NCBI GenBank assembly: GCA_012295275.1
Contig: CM022676.1
Span: 11,718,001-11,782,000, forward strand
Direction: 5' to 3'
DNA from: Chrysomallon squamiferum
Taxonomy: Eukaryota > Animalia > Mollusca
Length of the DNA stretch: 64,000 nucleotides
The position numbers and the translations under genes are program-made. Below the pieces are notes generated by a model. That model was given only the letters and a program-made list of their open reading frames with translations, made no database searches and was not told the DNA's origin. Within the stretch, counting starts at the first letter, position 1. Every line of letters starts with the position of its first letter. Positions 55,824 to 64,000 of this stretch are shown here, piece after piece.

Positions 55824-55863
55824 ATGATCGGTATAATTATTTTGGCAGCTATTATGGGTGAAG
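55824..55863 (+). CDS. Ig-superfamily protein, exon 1 (signal peptide MIGIIILAAIMGE)
   Basis: acaATG followed by a perfect donor AAG|gtaagt at 55864. The phase-1 join to 61609 gives MIGIIILAAIMGEGLA-DIYLVGP, a plausible cleavable signal peptide. Confidence 0.8.
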
Positions 55864-56413
55864 GTAAGTGAAATCAACATTATCTACTTTAGCGTCAAAC
55901 TATGTTTCTATCGAGCACAAATTTGTTTTTCACGATGTCGGTATCAATGTGAAATTACAATTAAATCACACAATACGCTTGCGATGTTTGCTTTGTTTAT
56001 AATGAGTGCGTAAAGAAATAAGTATTTCCGCTTGAAAGGCGTCTGCACGGATAGAAACGACAAGCCTAAAATATGCGTATAATTTAATAATGTATCATAC
56101 ATTTATACTGTTTTATTCTTATTATTTTATAAGAATTTTTTTTTGCATAACATACAATGGACATTGGATATGTTTTTGTCATCGCCACAGCATGATAATG
56201 CAGTAAGAGAGAGAGAAAGAGAAAACAAACTTAGTTAATTGGTATTCAACGAAATGATAGTGGATATAGTGTAAGAGGATTGATAACGGTTTAATAAAAC
56301 TGTGCGTGAGTGTGCACGGTGCCCATACAAAGACGCAAGACATAATTATTTCTATCAAATTCTGTAAAACAAAAAAAAACCCAAAACCAATAATATTAAA
56401 CCAATTAAAATTA

Positions 56414-56445
<32 letters not shown>

Positions 56446-56924
56446 GAAAAAGAAAAAAGAGAAGAATAAAATTATTTCTTTCTTTCTGTTTTTATTGTCT
56501 TATTTTCTTAATTGTTCATATGCTGGTTTTGTAGAACTTTATTAGTGATGAAATACTTGTATTAGTAAATTAATAGCAGGAGATATAATCTTATGATTTT
56601 AAAATCTATTCTTATCATTGTGCAATTTTCTTTGGTGTGAGGTATTTGTGACTGAGGGAAAAAAGATCAGTGCCAAATAACCCCCCCCAAAAAATAACAT
56701 GCCCCAACAAAAAGAAGATATCCTCAAACCCCCCAGATATATAAATAAAACAAATTAATTAAAAATATTAAAGATATATTTTACCTAGTACTGTCTGTTA
56801 AAAAGTAAAATGTAATAATCATGAACATCATTGTTCTGATTTAGGATCTGGGACCAGTCCTTCTCACTTTGTCAGTTGGATGTTCACATATTCCAACCAT
56901 AAATCAACAACCTACTTATCACAA

Positions 56925-57322
56925 TATATATATATATAAATATATATCACTCAAGTATATATATATATAAATATATATCACTCAAGTATATATATATAAA
57001 TATATATCACTCAAGTATATATATATATAAATATATATCACTCAAGTCACTCAAGTATATATATATATAAATATATATCACTCAAGTATATATATATAAA
57101 TATATATCACTCAAGTATATATATATATAAATATATATCACTCAAGTATATATATATAAATATATATCAAAGTATATATATATAAAATATATATCACTCA
57201 AGTATATATATATATAAATATATATCACTCAAGTATATATATATAAAATATATATCACTCAAGTATATATATATAAAATATATATCACTCAAGTATATAT
57301 ATATAAATATATATCACTCAAG
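56925..57322. repeat. ~30-bp intronic minisatellite (TA)n-aatatatatcactcaag, ~13 copies
   Basis: Directly visible. Confidence 0.95.
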
Positions 57323-58293
57323 AATAACTGATAGGATGCAATCACTGTAATACAAACTGTTTGATTAAAAGCTAGAATACTTTTCTGAGGCTTGGTAGGT
57401 CGGAGGATCAATTCTCATTGTCTGCTCTCTCTGCACCCAGACAGAACAATGAATCAGTTTGATCAAAGTGGATTAGAGTTTATGTGTGGTGCTGCATAAC
57501 TTTGTTAAAAATACAGTTTCAAATAAAACTTTTCTTCATTCTTATAAAAAAAATACAATTAACTTCACCTGCATTCTATAAACTGATACAATTAAGTAAC
57601 TTGGTAACATGGGGGGAAAAAAACAGAAGAAATAAATAAAAAAGTAAAAAGAAGAAGAAGAAAAAAGAAATTTGGCTACAGTTAGGTTTATTACTAGACA
57701 AACATGACTCAAAATGCAGACTTGTTTTGTAAATATGTGATCAGTCAACTATAAATGAATTCAAATGAGCTGCGTACTGTTACAGCTACGTGAAGTATGT
57801 CCACAAATAAATATGACCCAGATATTTATCAGCATAACAACTCTGTATAAATTACATGTACATTCTTACATGATGTGTTGCTACATGAAGTCAGTCATGT
57901 TGGAAAATGAAAGACTGTATGCTTAATTAAAACTTAATATTAAAATATTAGCAGTGTTACTGTTTTATGTAACATAATGTTTAGTAAAATATTAGTAATA
58001 TCATTGCTTTGTTTGTGTAATGTTTAGTAAATATTAATAATAAAGGTTTATTTATTTATTGTTATTTTAATTTTTATTTTGTGTAAGGATGAATAGAGTA
58101 AGCTTGCTGTCACAGTTTGAAGAATTGTTTCACTAATCATGAGCAGGGAATATATTTTTTGCATAATTTTCTATGGACAGGGAAACACCCTAGTTATTAA
58201 AACTGAAGAGAAGTGGTCCACTGACCTGATTTCTCTGAAATGAAATATGGCTGAGTGGCAGAAGAATTATTTTGAATAATAATGATGATGATG

Positions 58294-58342
<49 letters not shown>

Positions 58343-58507
58343 TAATAATGATAATAATATTAATAATAATAAAAAAAAAATGACGATGATGATGATAATG
58401 TAGTAATGATAATGATAATAATCATAATCACAAAAAGAACAATAAAAGAGCAGTAATTGTAGTAATAGTAATAACAGCAAATGCAGGACTAGTAATAATA
58501 CTATTAA

Positions 58508-58548
<41 letters not shown>

Positions 58549-60025
58549 AACAGTAATAATATAAGAATGGAAACCCACTGTTTCATTGGTTAGCAGCAAA
58601 ATATATTTTATAAATATCATTGCTTGACAGGGAGACACATATCAGATTTTGTAATGTACTACTAATGACACCACAGAGAACAGATCCTATTAACTTTCAT
58701 GTGATAGCTTTAAGATTATTTCTGCTGTTAGATGTTTGATGTATTAGTATCTGTTCAGTGTGTAATGTTTTTGCTGTAGAATAGATTACTGAGATATTTG
58801 GTTTGCAAAAATCAATGATTTTTTCAGAATATTAGAATGTGAAATTGGAGTAAACATTTTCTATGTTTTATAACACAAGTTAGGTTTTAACTGCATTAAC
58901 TGCATGTTTTGTAACCTGTTTAGAATTTAACCTGTGTCGCACCCAGCTGGCAGAATTATTTGAAAGGGTTGGGGGATGGGCAGAGCAGGAAAATAGAAAA
59001 AGATTTCAGATTGGTGTTGTATTCAAAGTGAGTTTGTGGCTTCTTTGTGCTGGCTGTGACATGACAAACTGATCCCTGTGTTAGATGTGCTCACTGTCAC
59101 TTAGTGATGTAATAGTTGGGTGATGAGATGTACACAGCTGTTTATTGTTATTGACTGAGCAACTCTCTGTTGTGTTACTTTCTCATTTAATAACCACTAC
59201 ATTTATGTAACATCAGTTTAATCTATAATTGATGGAACAGCGAGGCTATTACTGATAATGTGGCTGTCTAAATATAGACGTGTCTAGCAGACTGAATCAG
59301 ACACATTGATTATTTGATCTATGTCTGCACTGATTTCTACACAGAGATCTTGACGAGGTTCCACAGACCACAGCAGTTACCCTCGCAATTACATCAGTGT
59401 CAGTTCCTGGAAAACACCTCAGTCTACAATCTAGATTACACAGCATTTTCACCACGCAATTACCGTTGACTGTGCCAGCTCAATCTACAGTCAGCCTATT
59501 TTCACCATTTTAAAATTATTAACAGTCTCGTTATTTTGACTACATATTTGACTGTGTCTTCTCAAACTACAACCTTCTTATTTTTACTGTATTTTTATTT
59601 TTCGTTTCATCAACTTAATATACAACTCTCCTTAATTTGATTATTTTTGACTATCTGCTCATCCTATAATCTCCTTATTTTGATCATACTTTTGACTGCA
59701 TCAGTTTATTTTTTATTATGTAATTATTTTTGACTGCATAAGCTCAACCTACAGTCCAAACAGTCTCGTTACTTTTACCATGTAATTATTTTTGTAAAAC
59801 ACTTTTTATGATTTTTTTTCTGTGTTTTACAGATTATGTTTCCATTCTGAATTTTTTGCTGTTTTTTTGTGTTCACATAAACAGTAAACAGATGAAATAA
59901 AAATATAATTCAAATCTTGTTAACTGTAGGAAATATTTTTGGAGACATAGCCTCTGATCTTACAAATCATTAATTTTTAAATGTCTTTCAGTGTCTTTGT
60001 ATTCTTAAAAAACACAAACAAAAAT

Positions 60026-60060
<35 letters not shown>

Positions 60061-60671
60061 GTCCATGGTGCAACCAAGTTAAATAAACTGAATATGTTTC
60101 ATAAATTGATAAAGATATATCTATGTCACACACTAATAAAAACATATTTCACAAACAATAAAGATACAAATTTCACAAATTCATAAAGACACAAATTTCA
60201 CAAATTCATAAAGACACAAATTTCACAGGATATTTCAAAAATTTAATTTCATGATCCTGCCAAGAGTTTGCTGAAATGTTCATTTTTTAAAAAAATGTAT
60301 GTACTTGCTGGCTCTAATTTTTCTGATGAAACTAAATTTTTATTTTTTATTCAGTGTGTGTAGTTTTTAAACCTGTTTTCATTACTAACAGTTAATGTTT
60401 ATATTTGCAGTTTGTTGATATGTTTACTGACATAGTTATTCATAGTGCTTATTTTTTACTGATAATATGATAATGATGATATTAGCTTTTGTTGTTTATC
60501 ACTTTCCATTCTTGTTGATTGTTTGATAACATCAACATTTTATTACAAATGTCTTCTGAATAACCTTCTGTATTTTCTATTTTCTGTAACAAATGAATTC
60601 TTTTTCTCCACTGACTAAACCTTTAGTAAATTTTTTTAAATTCCATATTTATTTATTGACTGTTGATAAAG

Positions 60672-61608
60672 TTTTAATTTACTTGTTAATGTGATATTTT
60701 CAGGTAGATACTATTTTAATTTATTTGTTAATGTGATATTTTCAGGTAGATACTATTTTAGTTTACTTGTTAATGTGATATTTTCAGGTAGATACTATTT
60801 TAGTTTACTTGTTAATGTGATATTTTCAGGTAGATACTATTTTAATTTACTTGTTAATGTGATACTTTCAGGTAGATACTATTTTAGTTTACTTGTTAAT
60901 GTGATACTTTCAGGTAGATACTATTTTAATTTACTTGTTAATGTGATATTTTCAGGTAGATACTATTTTAGTTGACTTGTTAATGTGATATTTTCAGGTA
61001 GATACTATTTTAGTTTACTTGTTAATGTGATACTTTCAGGTAGATACTATTTTAGTTTACTTGTTCATGTGATATTTTCAGGTAGATACTATTTTAGTTT
61101 ACTTGTTGATGTGATACTTTCAGGTAGATACTATTTTAATTTACTTGTTGTTGTGATACTTTCAGGTAGATACTATTTTAATTTACTTGTTGATGTGATA
61201 TTTTCAGGTAGATACTATTTTAGTTTACTTGTTGATGTGATATTTTCAGGTAGATACTATTTTAGTTTACTTGTTGATGTGATATTTTCAGGTAGATACT
61301 ATTTTAGTTTACTTGTTGATGTGATATTTTCAGGTAGATACTATTTTAATTTACTTGTTAATGTGATACTTTCAGGTAGATACTATTTTAGTTTACTTGT
61401 TAATGTGATATTTTCAGGTAGATACTATTTTAGTTTACTTGTTAATGTGATATTTTCAGGTAGATACTATTTTAGTTTACTTGTTAATGTGATGTTTTCA
61501 GGTAGATACTATTTTAGTTTACTTGTTAATACTATTTTAGTTTACTTGTTAATGTGATGTTTTCAGGTAGATACTATTTTAGTTTACTTGTTGATGTGAT
61601 GTTTTCAG
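60672..61608 (+). repeat. 42-bp tandem array (~22 copies) built from the exon-2 splice acceptor of the Ig gene
   Basis: Unit gtagatactattttagtttacttgttaatgtgatattttcag. tttcag| precedes 60704, 60746 ... 61502, 61567 and the real exon start 61609. Confidence 0.97.
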
Positions 61609-61965
61609 GTCTGGCTGACATCTACTTAGTTGGACCATCAGATGTGGCTAGCCTCAGAAGCAGAACTGTTGCATTTTTCTGCAACATCAGTGAGAAAAGT
61701 GCTTCAGGTGTACGCGATGTTGACACACCTTACAATCTGACGTGGAAATTCCTGCCAGTAGGTGGCAGCACAGAGACAGTGTTGGCGTCGTGGGTGCGCG
61801 ATGCAGCTGGTGAATTTCGTTTCTTTACGGACGACGTGTTCAAGTACAGCGGAACACAACGACTTCATCTTGTGGTCAGAAATGTCTCCACTGCCGATGC
61901 TGGCCGCTACAGCTGTAGTAGTAACATTACAACAGCAGTGAAGAGTGCACAGCTTTTTGTTATGG
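61609..61965 (+). CDS. Ig-superfamily protein, exon 2 (Ig domain 1, V/I-set-like)
   Basis: 357 nt, phase 1-1. Motifs FFC...LTWKF...LVVRNVSTADAGRYSC; donor G|gtgagt at 61966. Confidence 0.92.
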
Positions 61966-62015
61966 GTGAGTTAGCTTTTAGTTTATATATAGTTTTTATT
62001 AGAAAATTCTTATTA

Positions 62016-62051
<36 letters not shown>

Positions 62052-62181
62052 CTGGGACTTTTTACACTGATGTTGATAGCTGTTGATAATTGTTGAGTGT
62101 TGGAAACTGTTGATAATTGTTGAGTGTTGGAAACTGTTGATAATAGTCTTGCTGTTGATAGTTTTAAGTTTTGTTTTGTAG

Positions 62182-62469
62182 AGCGCCCCTCCTGTCACAA
62201 CAGAAACCCAGAAGTGAGCTACAAAGAAACAATCACTCTCGACTGCAACGTCCACTTCTCTGGCAACGCTGTGCCGCAGCTCGACTGGAAGCATGGCAGC
62301 ACCATCCTCAACTCGACAACGTCGCAACACAACAACACCAGCCTGACAGCGCGACTGTCTCTGGTCGCAGAGAAAGACATGAACGGCCACGTTTACAACT
62401 GCCACGTCAGCTACCCAGGCGTTCGCACCACCACCCGGTGTCAGGTTCTACCCCCGCTCAAAATAAACA
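62182..62469 (+). CDS. Ig-superfamily protein, exon 3 (Ig domain 2)
   Basis: Acceptor ttgttttgtag|; 288 nt, phase 1-1. Motifs ITLDC...PQLDW...MNGHVYNCHV; donor A|gtcagt at 62470. Confidence 0.9.
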
Positions 62470-62832
62470 GTCAGTATCATTTATAATTACTTGTTTGTCA
62501 GGTTCTACCCCCGCTCAAAATAAACAGTCAGTATCGTTTATAATTACTTGTTTGTCAGGTTCTACCCCCGCTCAAAATAAACAGTCAGTGTCATTTATAA
62601 TCACTTGTTTGTCAGGTTCTACCCCGCTCAAAATAAACAGTCAGTATCGTTTATAATTACTTGTTTGTCAGGTTCTACCCCTGCTCAAAATAAACAGTCA
62701 GTATCGTTTATAATCACTTGTTTGTCAGGTTCTACCCCTGCTCAAAAAAACAGTCAGTCTCATTTATAATTACTTGTTTGTCAGGTTCTACCCCTGCTCA
62801 AAATAAACAGTCAGTATCATTTATAATTACTT
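62438..62832 (+). repeat. 7 x 57-bp tandem repeat spanning the exon-3 splice donor
   Basis: tcaggttctacc starts at 62441, 62498, 62555, 62612, 62668, 62725 and 62781. Confidence 0.97.
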
Positions 62833-63098
62833 TATATTTGTTACCAACTGTCATTTTTATATGTGTATAATGTATGTATTTGTATATGTAAAGACACACA
62901 AACACACTCGCAAACATGCATGCATACAAACATACACACACCTATTACTAATTTTTATCTGAACAGTAGAATCAGAGAGAAAGCAGACAGACAGACACAC
63001 ATACACACACACACACCTTTTACTGGGTTTCTCTCTCTCTCTCACTGTTAGAGTAGAGAGAGTGAGAGACACAAACAGACAGATAGACTGACAGACAA

Positions 63099-63146
<48 letters not shown>

Positions 63147-63174
63147 TTACTGTTTTTTCTCTCTACAGTACAGA

Positions 63175-63207
<33 letters not shown>

Positions 63208-63370
63208 TTACTGTATTTTCTCTCTGCAGTTCCAGCCAGTATAACGGCACTGATAATAAAGCCAGTGATGAGATTTCACACACACACTATTACTGTATTT
63301 TCTCTCTGCAGTTCAGAGACAGACACACACACACACACACACACACTATTACTGTATTTTCTCTCTGCAG

Positions 63371-63658
63371 TTCCAGCCAGTATAACAGCACTGATAATAA
63401 AGCCAGTGATGAGGTTTCACGTGTATGATGCTGGGACCAGTGTGAAGATGACGTGTGCAGCTCATGGGTTCCCCTCTCCAATGTTTTCCTGGTATTTTGT
63501 ACCAGCGTCCACCCCAGCTGTCCAACTGTCCACTCAGTCGTTCTACACCATCAAAAACCTGCAGAGGAAAAGTGAGGGCACCTACCGCTGTGTCGTCTAC
63601 AACGTCATCAGGAGGAAGACGTACAGAGACAGCAAGGATGTCAACATCACCCTGAAAG
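63371..63658 (+). CDS. Ig-superfamily protein, exon 4 (Ig domain 3); gene continues beyond the window (cell-adhesion/receptor-like)
   Basis: Acceptor ttttctctctgcag|; 288 nt, phase 1-1. Motifs VKMTCAAHGFPSPMFSW...SEGTYRCVVYN; GC donor AAG|gcaagt at 63659. Confidence 0.9.
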
Positions 63659-64000
63659 GCAAGTGTCTGTCTGTCTGTCTATTAGTCTGTCAGTTAAATT
63701 TTTTTTTTTTATTTATTTTATTTTTTTTTAAATCAGAGATTTCTATTTTTTCTTGTACTGTATAAGTTTTAAAAGTAATTTGATGAAAAACACTGGTATG
63801 TAGGAACAGTTATCCATAAATAACTTATAGCCCATTCAAAACAGTGCTTTGTATCTAGTTTTAAATTAGATATAATGTTGTCCTGTATGAGTAAGGAGAA
63901 CAAGTAAATTAACAGATGTTGTTAACTGATAAACTGATTATGCAGTAGATTATTACATTTATATTAAAATGATTTCTTCAGTGAACCATTCATCCCAACC

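Noticed and set aside
60691-61557. ORFs made of repeated IFSGRYYFSLLVNV
   Set aside because: They are a by-product of the 42-bp intronic array, start at GTG, and are frameshifted relative to exon 2.

Overview
This is an AT-rich, microsatellite-laden animal genomic window with spliceosomal introns and no prokaryotic features. An invertebrate, possibly molluscan, origin is my impression only. Positions 1-26 kb are non-coding but carry islands dense in transcription-factor motifs (CRE, E-box, CCAAT, NRF1, CTCF-like) and several minisatellites. Positions 26.8-53.7 kb hold a head-to-tail cluster of four minus-strand C2H2 zinc-finger genes (called ZF-1 to ZF-4 here), each with a predicted short non-coding first exon; three share a 15-bp motif near the predicted start site. 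A decayed DNA-transposase fragment lies in the first intron of ZF-1. From 55.8 kb a divergent plus-strand immunoglobulin-superfamily gene (signal-peptide exon plus at least 3 Ig exons) runs off the end. Most notable: (1) tandem amplification of the splice junctions themselves (22 acceptor copies, 7 donor copies and 4 acceptor copies in the Ig gene; 3 acceptor copies in ZF-3); (2) ZF-2 carries two 7-finger arrays with matching base-contact residues, about 750 aa apart; (3) the shared AAGGGNRATAACTST motif at the ZF genes. All exon models were read by hand from splice signals and phase, with no transcript data.
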